The position numbers and the translations under genes are program-made. The notes beneath the pieces were generated by a model that was given only the letters and a program-made list of their open reading frames with translations, had not been told where the DNA came from and ran no database searches. DNA of 63,949 nt, filler included, from Candidatus Woesearchaeota archaeon (GTDB lineage: Archaea > Nanobdellota > Nanobdellia > Woesearchaeales > WJIZ01), in NCBI GenBank assembly GCA_018221205.1. It is 8 parts of 8 records of this genome, joined end to end, with 100 filler letters (N's around TTAATTAATTAA, not from the genome) between each part and the next. Parts side by side here need not be neighbours in the genome. Positions count along the whole stretch, not along the records: positions 48,703 to 54,637 come from JAAOYF010000062.1; positions 54,738 to 63,949 come from JAAOYF010000063.1; 6 more parts are not named here. One strand, given 5' to 3'. Shown piece after piece: positions 49,906 through 59,470 of this stretch. Position 1 is the stretch's first letter, and each line of letters starts with the position of its first letter.

Positions 49906-51342
49906 ATGGAAAAAGACGAGAAAGGCATCACTGTCAAAAAAGAACAAGATATGCCCGAGTGGTATGGGCAGGCCGTCTTTAAAGGGCAATTAGCAGATTA
50001 TTCTCCTGTCAGAGGAACGATGATCATCCGGCCTTATGGCTATGCGATCTGGCAGAATATCATGGATTACTTTAATGGTCGTCTGAAAGAATTAAAGGTC
50101 GACAATGCATACTTTCCCCTTTTCATCCCTGAAAAATTTTTCAAGAAAGAAGCAGAGCATGCCAAAGGATTTGCTCCTGAAGTTGCCTGGGTAGAAAACA
50201 AAGATGAAGGTGCTACAGAACGATTAGCGATCAGGCCCACTTCTGAGACCATCATGTATGATGCTTACTCTCGATGGATACGGTCGCATAGAGACCTGCC
50301 TTTACGGATCAACCAATGGTGCAATATCGTCAGGTGGGAAGTGAAGGATGTGAAACTGTTCTTACGCTCACGGGAATTCTTATGGCAGGAAGGCCATTGC
50401 GTCTATGAGACTGAAGAAGAATGCGATAAAGAGACGATGATGTATTTGGATGAATATACGAAGATGATCCAGGATGTTCTTGCTATCCCTTTGATCACTG
50501 GCAAAAAATCTGACAAAGAAAAGTTTGCTGGCTCTAAGTATACGACGACCATTGAAGCATTCATGCCTGATGGAAAGTTTCTGCAGTGCGGCACTAGTCA
50601 TAATCTTGGCCAAGGTTTTGCGAAAGCTTTTGGCATCTCTTATATCGGCAAAGATGAGAAAAAACACATACCATGGCAGAATTCGTGGGGCTTCACTACC
50701 CGGCTCGTAGGGGCATTAGTGATGCAGCATGGTGATGATAAAGGATTGGTCCTTCCTCCGAAGATAGCACCCATCCAAGCAGTCATTGTCCCTATCCTTT
50801 TTGAGAAGACTAAAGAAGCTACGTTGAAAGAGACTGAGAAGATCAAAAAAGCATTAGCCGGCTATCGTGTCCATGTCGATGATCGAGATGAATATTCTGC
50901 TGGCTGGAAATACCATGAGTGGGAGATGAAAGGCATTCCTCTGCGGATTGAAATAGGACCGAAAGATATCGAGAAGAAACAGGTTGTTATCGTACGAAGA
51001 GATACCGGTCAGAAAGAATTTGTCAAAGCGGATAAAGTGAAGGAGACAGTTAAATTATTGCTTGAGGAGATCCAGAATCATCTTTTTGATAAGGCTCATG
51101 AATTCATGAAGAGACAGATTGTCGAGACTGACAATTGGGATATGCTCATGAAAGCGATTGATGCCCGGAAGATCGTGTTTGCGCCGTTCTGTGGGAAAAA
51201 AGATTGTGAAGACTTGATCAAAGACAAGACTAAAGGGGCTAATTCGAGATGCTTTCCGTTCGACCAAAAGAATGTCGATAAGAACTGCGTCCATTGTGGA
51301 AAGAAAGCTTCTCAATATGCTTATTTTGGGAAGAATTATTAG
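49906..51342 (+). CDS. proS: Prolyl-tRNA synthetase, archaeal/eukaryotic type
   Basis: RPTSET, REFLWQEGH, GTSHNLGQ motifs and a C-terminal Zn domain ending in Y. Confidence 0.97.
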   Translation: MEKDEKGITVKKEQDMPEWYGQAVFKGQLADYSPVRGTMIIRPYGYAIWQNIMDYFNGRLKELKVDNAYFPLFIPEKFFKKEAEHAKGFAPEVAWVENKDEGATERLAIRPTSETIMYDAYSRWIRSHRDLPLRINQWCNIVRWEVKDVKLFLRSREFLWQEGHCVYETEEECDKETMMYLDEYTKMIQDVLAIPLITGKKSDKEKFAGSKYTTTIEAFMPDGKFLQCGTSHNLGQGFAKAFGISYIGKDEKKHIPWQNSWGFTTRLVGALVMQHGDDKGLVLPPKIAPIQAVIVPILFEKTKEATLKETEKIKKALAGYRVHVDDRDEYSAGWKYHEWEMKGIPLRIEIGPKDIEKKQVVIVRRDTGQKEFVKADKVKETVKLLLEEIQNHLFDKAHEFMKRQIVETDNWDMLMKAIDARKIVFAPFCGKKDCEDLIKDKTKGANSRCFPFDQKNVDKNCVHCGKKASQYAYFGKNY

Positions 51343-51453
51343 GATTATTTTTTGGTTCTATTCTTTTCTATATAGAAAGTATACAATCTTTGTTACTGTT
51401 TGATAAGAGCGAGGATTTATATAGGAGCTCCTATCCTTACTCAGAGGGGGAAG

Positions 51454-52509
51454 ATGATACCACATAAGAAATATATGCAGCAGGCGATAGCTCTTGCCCA
51501 GAAAGGGGACCGGAAAGTCTCTCCAGACCCAAAGGTCGGCTGCATCATCGTCAAGAGGGGCCAAGTCATCGGAAGAGGCTATCAAAAAGCTCAAGGACAG
51601 GAGCATGCTGAGATTATCGCTCTGGAACAGGCCCAACATAAAGCCAGAGATTCTATCATGTATATCACTTTAGAACCTTGTTCTCAATGGGGAAAGAAAG
51701 CTCCTTGCACTGAGAAGATTGTCGGCTTCGGAGTGAGGGAAGTTGTTGTCGGCATGAGGGATCCGACTAAACACATCGATGGTTATGAGATCCTTAAATT
51801 ACGAGGAATCAAGACAAGGATAGGCATATTGCAGGATGAGTGTGTACACTTGAATGAGGCATATATCAAATACTCCAAGAAGAAGATGCCTTTTGTCACC
51901 TTAAAAGCAGGGTATGATGGCAAGCTTTCTGCAGCTGTCGAAAAGAGCAAGATCGTCAAGGGAAAAGAAATCATGAAAGTGATCCATACCCTGAGGGATG
52001 AGATCGGTGTGAGCATGATGGATTTCCAGTCGATAAAGAAAGAGAATCCTACAGTAGATGCGAAGATTGTCAGGGGTGATGATCTCATGAAATTGATTAT
52101 CGATCCGCAGCTTAGCATCAGTCCAAAAGCAAAAGTGATGGACAAGCCTGATTTGGTCATTATCGCCTGCTCTGAGAGGGCACCTAAAGCGAAGATCAAG
52201 AAGTTTGAGACTATGGGTGTCCATTTTATCCTGACGAAAACAAAGAACAAGATGGTTGATCTGAAGAAAGTGCTCAAGCAGGTCGCGAAACATGGCTATA
52301 ATCATGTCTTGCTTGAAGGCGGGCCAGAATTGACTGCAGCCATGCTGAAAGAGGGGTTTGTGGATAAAGTAGCATTATTCGGCTCTCCTAAGATTGTGAA
52401 TGAGACAGTAGAAAAGATCAGTGTCAAAGAGCTTGGCAGGGATATTCCTATCCAGGATTTCTCTATCGAGAAGATAGGGAAGAACAACCTTCTGATAAGT
52501 TATTTATAA
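51454..52509 (+). CDS. ribD: Riboflavin biosynthesis deaminase/reductase; reductase half divergent
   Basis: HAE, TLEPC..PC and LEGG motifs. Confidence 0.88.
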   Translation: MIPHKKYMQQAIALAQKGDRKVSPDPKVGCIIVKRGQVIGRGYQKAQGQEHAEIIALEQAQHKARDSIMYITLEPCSQWGKKAPCTEKIVGFGVREVVVGMRDPTKHIDGYEILKLRGIKTRIGILQDECVHLNEAYIKYSKKKMPFVTLKAGYDGKLSAAVEKSKIVKGKEIMKVIHTLRDEIGVSMMDFQSIKKENPTVDAKIVRGDDLMKLIIDPQLSISPKAKVMDKPDLVIIACSERAPKAKIKKFETMGVHFILTKTKNKMVDLKKVLKQVAKHGYNHVLLEGGPELTAAMLKEGFVDKVALFGSPKIVNETVEKISVKELGRDIPIQDFSIEKIGKNNLLISYL

Positions 52510-52572
52510 TTTATATAAAAAGGGAAAGGCCTAAAAGATAAAAGGCGTTTCTGAGTTCTCAGAGTTGATATT

Positions 52573-53280
52573 ATGGATTATCTTAGAGCAAAACTTCAGG
52601 ATTTGGGGCATAAAGTCGAGGCTGTTTCAGATAGTGGAATAGGTGATTTAGTTACCAGACAAGGAATGAAGTTTTCTGTTGTTCCTAAAGGAAATATGAC
52701 CCCTCAACAAGCACTCGATGCTGCATTGGCAGATTATGATAAGCTAGACATTGCTTCCTATTTTGGAACACATAGAGAAGCCCAGCTGGCTTTAGTTGAA
52801 AGACTCTCGGTTGGGATGAGTGTTTGGGGCAAATCAAATGGACATGTGTTTATGGCTTCCAGTCCTGAGGCGTGGAGAGAAGTGGATATTGCAAATGGTG
52901 ATCCGGTTGAACTTCGTATACACTCTCCTACTGCAAATGAAGCTGGAGATACTGAGCTCTACCTTCAGAGAGCCCTAACTTATAATGTATTTGCTATCCG
53001 TGTGGAAAACGAGCTCGGCTTACATACTCGGCCATCAGGAGAGATCATGGGAAAATTAACTGAGGGATATGAACGGGGACAAGTGTATGTTACTAAAAAT
53101 GGTGACCACCCTATGGTTAATGCAAAATCAATGATGGAACTGATGTTGCTTGAGGCTGGAAAAGGATCCACTCTTTATTTCCTCTTTGAACCGAAAGGTG
53201 AGGAACAGGAGTCAAGTAGTGTTGCTCTCGCATCCTGGATTGAAACTCGATTGGGTAGAGATTCACCCGTTTCTGAGTAG
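52573..53280 (+). CDS. HPr-domain protein: a canonical C-terminal HPr preceded by a degenerate HPr-like repeat
   Basis: VENELGLHTRPS and VNAKSMMELMLL motifs. Confidence 0.8.
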   Translation: MDYLRAKLQDLGHKVEAVSDSGIGDLVTRQGMKFSVVPKGNMTPQQALDAALADYDKLDIASYFGTHREAQLALVERLSVGMSVWGKSNGHVFMASSPEAWREVDIANGDPVELRIHSPTANEAGDTELYLQRALTYNVFAIRVENELGLHTRPSGEIMGKLTEGYERGQVYVTKNGDHPMVNAKSMMELMLLEAGKGSTLYFLFEPKGEEQESSSVALASWIETRLGRDSPVSE

Positions 53281-53324
53281 CTCTTACCAATAATCTTTTA
53301 AAGCGATTTCTTTCACTTGCGATT

Positions 53325-53939
53325 ATGGTTTTTTCGACGATCGATGAAGCAGTGAAGGATATGCAAAGAGGGAGATGCGTCATCGTGGTTGATGATGAGA
53401 ATAGAGAGAATGAGGGTGACTTGATCCTTGCGGCAGAGAAAGCCACTCCTTCGAAGATCAATTTCCTTATCAAGAAAGGAGGGGGTCTGATCTGCGTTCC
53501 GATGCTGGGACAACGACTGGACGAACTGCAATTGCCTTTGATGGTCGCCGATAAAGATAACACTGAAGTTACGAAATGCAGATTCACGGTTTCTGTTGAT
53601 CTGAAGAATAATATCACGACCGGCATCAGTGCCCAGGACAGGAGCGCGACAATCAAGGCATTGATCAATCCTTCGATGAAAGCAGGAGATTTTGTTCGGC
53701 CGGGACATGTCTTTCCTTTGCGTTATTCAAAAGGAGGTGTGTTGATGAGAGAGGGGCATACTGAAGCTGCAGTCGATCTCTGCAAACTGGCTGGATTGTA
53801 TCCTGCTGGTGTTCTTTGTGAAATCTTGAAAGAGAATGGAGAGACGGCAAAGCTGGAAGACCTGAAAGGGTTTTCCGAGAAATATGAACTGAAGATGATT
53901 TCTATCAAAGATTTGATCGACTATAGGAAAAATATTTAA
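53325..53939 (+). CDS. ribB: 3,4-dihydroxy-2-butanone 4-phosphate synthase
   Basis: DDENRENEGD, RPGHVFPL and GHTEA motifs. Confidence 0.96.
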   Translation: MVFSTIDEAVKDMQRGRCVIVVDDENRENEGDLILAAEKATPSKINFLIKKGGGLICVPMLGQRLDELQLPLMVADKDNTEVTKCRFTVSVDLKNNITTGISAQDRSATIKALINPSMKAGDFVRPGHVFPLRYSKGGVLMREGHTEAAVDLCKLAGLYPAGVLCEILKENGETAKLEDLKGFSEKYELKMISIKDLIDYRKNI

Positions 53940-53962
53940 AACGGGTTTCAATTAAGGAAGAA

Positions 53963-54637
53963 ATGCAAACAATCGGCATCATCTGGGGATTAGAGAAGAT
54001 TCCCAAAGGCTACAGCCAGGAGATTGTCAAGACCATGTACGGCAATGTCCTCCTGTTCAAGAAGAAGAAAGTCATCCTCCTGCCAAGGCAAGGCAAGAAT
54101 GCTTCTATCCCTACACATCGTATCAACCACAAAGCGAATATGTGTGCATTGAATCTCGGAGGAGTAGAGGCAATCTTCGGCATCCATCGTGTCATATCTT
54201 TGAAAGAGGCATTCAGGCCTGGAAACCTTATCCTACCTGATGATTATGTGAATTTCTTACCAGAAACGTTCTTTGATGTCGAACATAAGAGCATCACTCC
54301 GGAAATCTCAAAGCAAAACCGAGAGCGAATAAAGAAAATGGCTAAAAAATTAAAGATTGTTCTTAAGCCCAAAGGGATATATGTACAGATCAGGGGGGCA
54401 AGAAAAAATACCAAAGCAGAAATAAGCATTGTGAAGAAATGGGGAGATGTTTTAGGGAGGAGCATGGCCAGCGAAGCTACTCTGAGCCAAGAATTGGGCA
54501 TACCCTATGCGAGCCTTTGTGCTGTCGAGGATTATGCTTCTGGCATTGGAAAGAAGGTTGCTGCGAAAAGGCTGTTGAAAATCTCTCAAGATAATCTGAA
54601 GAAATGTGAGAGACTAGCCAAAGCATTTCTGACATAA
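53963..54637 (+). CDS. MTAP/PNP family nucleoside phosphorylase-like protein, divergent
   Basis: HRINHKAN, PDDYV, TKAEI and ELGIPYASLCAVEDYA motifs. Confidence 0.8.
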   Translation: MQTIGIIWGLEKIPKGYSQEIVKTMYGNVLLFKKKKVILLPRQGKNASIPTHRINHKANMCALNLGGVEAIFGIHRVISLKEAFRPGNLILPDDYVNFLPETFFDVEHKSITPEISKQNRERIKKMAKKLKIVLKPKGIYVQIRGARKNTKAEISIVKKWGDVLGRSMASEATLSQELGIPYASLCAVEDYASGIGKKVAAKRLLKISQDNLKKCERLAKAFLT

Positions 54638-54737
54638 NNNNNNNNNNNNNNNNNNNNNNNNNNNNNNNNNNNNNNNNNNNNTTAATTAATTAANNNNNNN
54701 NNNNNNNNNNNNNNNNNNNNNNNNNNNNNNNNNNNNN

Positions 54738-54952
54738 CTCAGGCCCCTATCAGTATAGCTTCCTGTCTCGTTCTTGACTGAAACGACCTTGAAATCTGAC
54801 AGGACATACTGAAGATCCATGCGGTCGAGGAGATCGAGAAAGGCATCATTGCTTCCGATTATCCTTGCTACAGGTTTTTGAGATTCCTTGACATAGAGGA
54901 TATCGAGTGCTTTTGTTAACGAGTGCAATGCATCTTTTAAGGCAATTAGCAT
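54738..54952 (-). CDS. Hypothetical protein, truncated by the gap
   Basis: AAGGAG SD followed by an open frame. Confidence 0.45.
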
Positions 54953-55046
54953 ATGCTCCTCTTATCGGAGTTTTATTTAATTGTTTGGGTATACTATCTC
55001 GAAATAGTAACTAAGCTTTATATACATTCTTCCTCTTTAGAGGAAT

Positions 55047-55838
55047 ATGGAGTTTGATATTCCTAAAAGGCCAACCCCTCAGAAGACAGAGCAGTATATG
55101 ATTGCGCATCGTTTTGCGAAAGCAGTGCATAAAGAGCTGGGGAGATTCCTGAAAGGAGTCGTTCTTTTCGGATCAAGCGCACGAAAGACAGCAAAACCCC
55201 ATTCTGATATCGATGTTCTCCTGCTTGTTGATGATGTCTCTATACTCATGACTCGGGATGTTGCAGATGCCTATCGGATGATCCTCCAGAAGATCGTGGC
55301 AAACGTATCCAGAAAGCTGCATGTTGTTACGGTCCGTATAACCGCATTCTGGGATTATATGAGGAATGGTGATCCCATAGGTATCAATATGCTGAGAGAT
55401 GGGATATCACTCTATGATACCGGCTTCTTTGAGCCCCTGCAGCTGCTGCTGAAGAAAGGCAAGATCAGACCATCTAAAGAGAGCATCTGGAACTATTATA
55501 TGAGGAGCCCAGCCACCTTATCCAATGCGAGATGGCATGTCATGCAGGCCACTGTCGACCTGTATTGGGCTGTCATCGATGCTGCTCATGCTGCTTTGAT
55601 GAGCCATGATGCAATTCCGCCAACTCCTGAGCATGTGGCTGACATGCTTGATGATCTGCTTGTCCGAAAGGGCAAGCTTGAGAAAAAATACTCACGGATC
55701 ATGAAGAATTTCTATTATCGAGCAAAATCAGTGATGCATAGGGAAGTGCATAGCATTAGCGGCAAAGAATTTGATAAATATCTCTATGAAGCAGAGTCTT
55801 TTGTAGAACGGATGAAGCAATTCATAAAAAAAGTTTAA
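55047..55838 (+). CDS. Minimal nucleotidyltransferase fused to a HEPN-like domain
   Basis: LFGSSAR..SDIDVL; YWAVIDAAHAAL and RAKSVMH in the C-terminal half. Confidence 0.82.
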   Translation: MEFDIPKRPTPQKTEQYMIAHRFAKAVHKELGRFLKGVVLFGSSARKTAKPHSDIDVLLLVDDVSILMTRDVADAYRMILQKIVANVSRKLHVVTVRITAFWDYMRNGDPIGINMLRDGISLYDTGFFEPLQLLLKKGKIRPSKESIWNYYMRSPATLSNARWHVMQATVDLYWAVIDAAHAALMSHDAIPPTPEHVADMLDDLLVRKGKLEKKYSRIMKNFYYRAKSVMHREVHSISGKEFDKYLYEAESFVERMKQFIKKV

Positions 55839-55855
55839 AAAAAGAGATAAAAAAA

Positions 55856-57172
55856 TTATTCTTCCTTCTTCACCAAGAAGATAATTATCGCTACAATCAA
55901 TCCGATCAGGACGACTGCTGCAATGCTGAGCAAGACTACATATGCTGTAGACTGGGTGAAGGATCCTTCTTCGACCTGTGCCAAGACAGGGAACTCGTCG
56001 AATCCATCTTCATCTGAGACATCTACAACGTCAACATCTTTCTCATCATCATCATCTTCTACGACAGGCGGAACGAACACTTCCTCTCGGCACTCTTCGA
56101 CTGCCAGGATGACAGACTCAGCGTCCTCAAGCTTTGTTTCGTCTCTATACACTTTGACTTCGATGACATAGCTTCCAGGATCAACATCAGTCGCATCCAC
56201 TGGAATATTCACCCTATACTCAGCATCTTCATCGGTGCCGGTCTCAAGGCTGATATCTCCATCATCAAACTCTTCAAAGTCAATGCCAAGATCATCGTTC
56301 ATAACAGTAATCCTGACTTCATCCTCTTCCTCGCTTCCAAGGTTGAGGACCAATACATCAAGCTCGGTGATCCGTGAGCAGCTCAATCTTTCGCTTCTCA
56401 ATTCAGCTCTTTCGACCACGATATTATGCTTCTGCTTGTCAACAGTCAAGAATATCTCTTGGACTATATCTATCCTGTCGCCATCTTCAGGGTCGCCTTC
56501 AATCTCGATAAGGACCTTATAGTCATCATCATCAACCCTTCTCGGAACCTCGAATTCAAGGTCAAAGTCTTTATTCCTTCCATCTCTGATGTCTTCTTGA
56601 TCAGACTCTTCTTCTAGGTCATCTCCATCATCGATGTCTAGGATGGTAATGGTTACGGTGACATCTTCGATGTCCTGATCATCATATAAATTTTCCAATT
56701 CAATGCTGAATTTAATCCTATCACCAGGCTCAGCATCGTCACTTATGGTATAACCGTCTCCTTCGTCCTCGATGTTGTTGTCAGATTTGGAACCGACTTT
56801 TACGTCAAAATCTGAGATAACCATCCTTGGATTATCGATAACGGTAATGGTGATGGTCTCTGTCTCGAAATCTGTTGGATCTGTTCCATTCGTTGCTGTG
56901 AATGTCACAGAGAATGTTGCATTCTGTGTTGAACTGGATGCAACGTCAAAGTCAGGTGTATACGTAAAGGCACCTGTGGCAATGTTCAATGTCCCAACTG
57001 AGCCGTCATCCTTGCTGTAGGTCACGGTTCCAGTTGTTGCACTGGTAGAAAGCGTAAACGACAAAGCTTCGCCTTCATTAATATTCTTATCGCCAACCGA
57101 ATCAAGAGTAAAAGCACTTACTAATCCGACTAGAAATACTATCATCAAACCCAAAATTGTTAACTTTTTCAT
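55856..57172 (-). CDS. Acidic surface protein (cadherin/Ig-like domains, C-terminal TM)
   Basis: Signal peptide, INEGEALSFTL..GAFTYTPDF, Cys pair, TM followed by KKEE. Confidence 0.8.
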   Translation of the reverse strand: MKKLTILGLMIVFLVGLVSAFTLDSVGDKNINEGEALSFTLSTSATTGTVTYSKDDGSVGTLNIATGAFTYTPDFDVASSSTQNATFSVTFTATNGTDPTDFETETITITVIDNPRMVISDFDVKVGSKSDNNIEDEGDGYTISDDAEPGDRIKFSIELENLYDDQDIEDVTVTITILDIDDGDDLEEESDQEDIRDGRNKDFDLEFEVPRRVDDDDYKVLIEIEGDPEDGDRIDIVQEIFLTVDKQKHNIVVERAELRSERLSCSRITELDVLVLNLGSEEEDEVRITVMNDDLGIDFEEFDDGDISLETGTDEDAEYRVNIPVDATDVDPGSYVIEVKVYRDETKLEDAESVILAVEECREEVFVPPVVEDDDDEKDVDVVDVSDEDGFDEFPVLAQVEEGSFTQSTAYVVLLSIAAVVLIGLIVAIIIFLVKKEE

Positions 57173-57255
57173 ATTAGCATACCCCACTAGTTGTTATTGG
57201 ACAGTTAGAATTTATTCTTATTTATAAAGTTTTCTATTTCTAAGTAGTTACAGAT

Positions 57256-58635
57256 TCAGTGCTTTTTCCTGAGCACAATCAGCAATACGATGAGGGAAAG
57301 GCCTATTAATATAATAAGGCTGATGATAAGGACCATAAGGGAAGCAGACGATCTTTCCACTAAAGCTGTCCCTACGATCGCAGGAGAGTCTGAGATCTGC
57401 ACAGCAGGAATATCAGATCCCTGCTCTTCAGGCTGTTCTGTCTGCACAGGCTGATCTATCTCTTTCTTTTCCTCCACAGGCGGAGGTACTGGATTTGTTT
57501 TGCTGCATGATGTCACTTCAAGGTCTATGGTAAGGAGCTCTTCTAAGAGGTCAAAGTCCCTATAGACCGCAAGTTCGATAGGGTAGGTGCCAGGCTCGAT
57601 GATTGGTACGCTTGCAGGCACGCTTGCGCGGTAGACATTCTCGTCATCATCAGGATCAGCGCTTATCTCAAACCTAGTCAATTCTTCATCTATACCTAGC
57701 GAACTGCTCTTTAAGGTATAGTGCACATAATTCTCATCTGTTTTCCCTATGTTGACAATCTCGAAATCCAGGATGATATTCGCATCGCACTTGACTGAAT
57801 CAGGATCTACAGAAAACTCGGGAACAATAAGATTATAGGTCTCTCTCTCTACTTCCAAGATAAGGATCCAGATGATCTCATAATCATTATCATCATCGTC
57901 TTCTCCTGTTATCTCGATCTCGACTTCATATAAGTCTTCTTCTGCTCCAACAGGCACATCCAGTTCAAGCTGGAAGGTATGGGTGCGGCCGTTCCCTTCA
58001 TAATCAAGATCGATAGTCTCAGATTCTAATTCAACTTCGTCACCATCATTGCCTATGCCGTTGATGGTTATCCTTACACTAACATCGTTTATCTCAATCT
58101 CTTGGTCTGCCTCTGTATTGAAGAGATTTTCCACCTCTATCTCGAAACTGACTGTTTCCAATGGGTTGACTGGCTCATCAATCCGGGTATCTGTTTCGGT
58201 CGCGGTCTGCACTTCATTGTCTATCTCAACACGTATCTTTTCGACATATAAGAGAGATCTTGGACTGAGTATCAAATCTGAAAGATCAAAGTCATCCTTG
58301 TCTGTCTTGAGGATAATCTTTCCTATAGTGACATCTTCCTTGTCGATCACATCAAAGGGCACGGTTATCTTTATATCCACATCAAGAGTTTCGTTCTCTT
58401 CCAAGCTATCCCACGTTTCAGGATCGAATTCAATGATATAATTGCCATCAACATCTGCAATGAACAGTAGATTCGTGAGATCTATCCCTTTATCATTCGT
58501 TATGATGAAATCTTTCTTTCCAGTCTCGTTAGAAAAGAGTTCGCCGAAATCGAGCTCATCAGGTGCATCCAAATCTGCTGCAGAAAAAACTGAAACAAGC
58601 AAAAGAGATAGTATAATAGTATAGAGTTTTTTCAT
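57256..58635 (-). CDS. Acidic surface protein, paralogue
   Basis: Signal peptide, Ig-like repeats, PGTYPIELAVYRD, TM followed by RKKH. Confidence 0.8.
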   Translation of the reverse strand: MKKLYTIILSLLLVSVFSAADLDAPDELDFGELFSNETGKKDFIITNDKGIDLTNLLFIADVDGNYIIEFDPETWDSLEENETLDVDIKITVPFDVIDKEDVTIGKIILKTDKDDFDLSDLILSPRSLLYVEKIRVEIDNEVQTATETDTRIDEPVNPLETVSFEIEVENLFNTEADQEIEINDVSVRITINGIGNDGDEVELESETIDLDYEGNGRTHTFQLELDVPVGAEEDLYEVEIEITGEDDDDNDYEIIWILILEVERETYNLIVPEFSVDPDSVKCDANIILDFEIVNIGKTDENYVHYTLKSSSLGIDEELTRFEISADPDDDENVYRASVPASVPIIEPGTYPIELAVYRDFDLLEELLTIDLEVTSCSKTNPVPPPVEEKKEIDQPVQTEQPEEQGSDIPAVQISDSPAIVGTALVERSSASLMVLIISLIILIGLSLIVLLIVLRKKH

Positions 58636-58737
58636 GGATACCCCTTTTTGTTATTATTCGCCAGTGATATATAAACTTTTTGGTGAAGCAATAGGTTTAT
58701 TAAGGAGCCATTCTTCAATCCTGGGAAGGGGTACCAG

Positions 58738-59469
58738 ATGATATGGCTCATTTATCTCGTCATTGTTATCATTCTTTCTAGTATCAAGATTGTGTACCAG
58801 TATGAGCTGGGAGTGAAGTTCACTTTAGGAAAGTATGCCGGTCTCATACAGCCTGGCCTGAGATTAGTCATTCCCGTCATCCAGTCCTGGCGAAGAATCG
58901 ATATGAGAGTAAATGTCATCGACGTACCAGACCAAGATTGTTTAACGAAAGATAATGTCTCTGTCAGAGTAAATGCGGTCCTGTACTTCAAGGTCGGTGC
59001 AGCAGAGAAAGCAGTTATCCAAGTTGAAGACTTCATCTATGCTGTTTCTCAACTTTCCCAGACAACCATGAGAAATGTTGTAGGAGAAGTTGATCTGGAC
59101 GGGCTCTTGAGCAACCGTGATCAAGTAAGCGATAAGATACAGACCATCGTCGATAAGTCGACAGATCCGTGGGGGATCAAGGTTGTTGCTGTTGATGTGA
59201 AGGATGTTGTCTTGCCTGAACAGATGAAGAGAACTATGGCTAAACAGGCAGAATCTGAGCGAGAGCGAAGAGCATTGATTCTTACTTCTGAAGGTGAAAA
59301 AGCAGCTTCGATGAACATCATGAAGGCAGCTGAGATCCTGAGCAAGTCAAAAGGAGCAATCCATCTAAGAACACTGCAGAATTTCAATGATATCAGCTCG
59401 GATCAGACCAATACGATCGTCTTTGCTGTTCCGATAGAATCTTTAGGAGCATTAGAGGGGTATAAATAA
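58738..59469 (+). CDS. SPFH/stomatin family protein
   Basis: TKDNVSVRVNAV, QTTMR, WGIKV and QAESERE motifs. Confidence 0.93.
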   Translation: MIWLIYLVIVIILSSIKIVYQYELGVKFTLGKYAGLIQPGLRLVIPVIQSWRRIDMRVNVIDVPDQDCLTKDNVSVRVNAVLYFKVGAAEKAVIQVEDFIYAVSQLSQTTMRNVVGEVDLDGLLSNRDQVSDKIQTIVDKSTDPWGIKVVAVDVKDVVLPEQMKRTMAKQAESERERRALILTSEGEKAASMNIMKAAEILSKSKGAIHLRTLQNFNDISSDQTNTIVFAVPIESLGALEGYK

Positions 59470-59470
59470 T

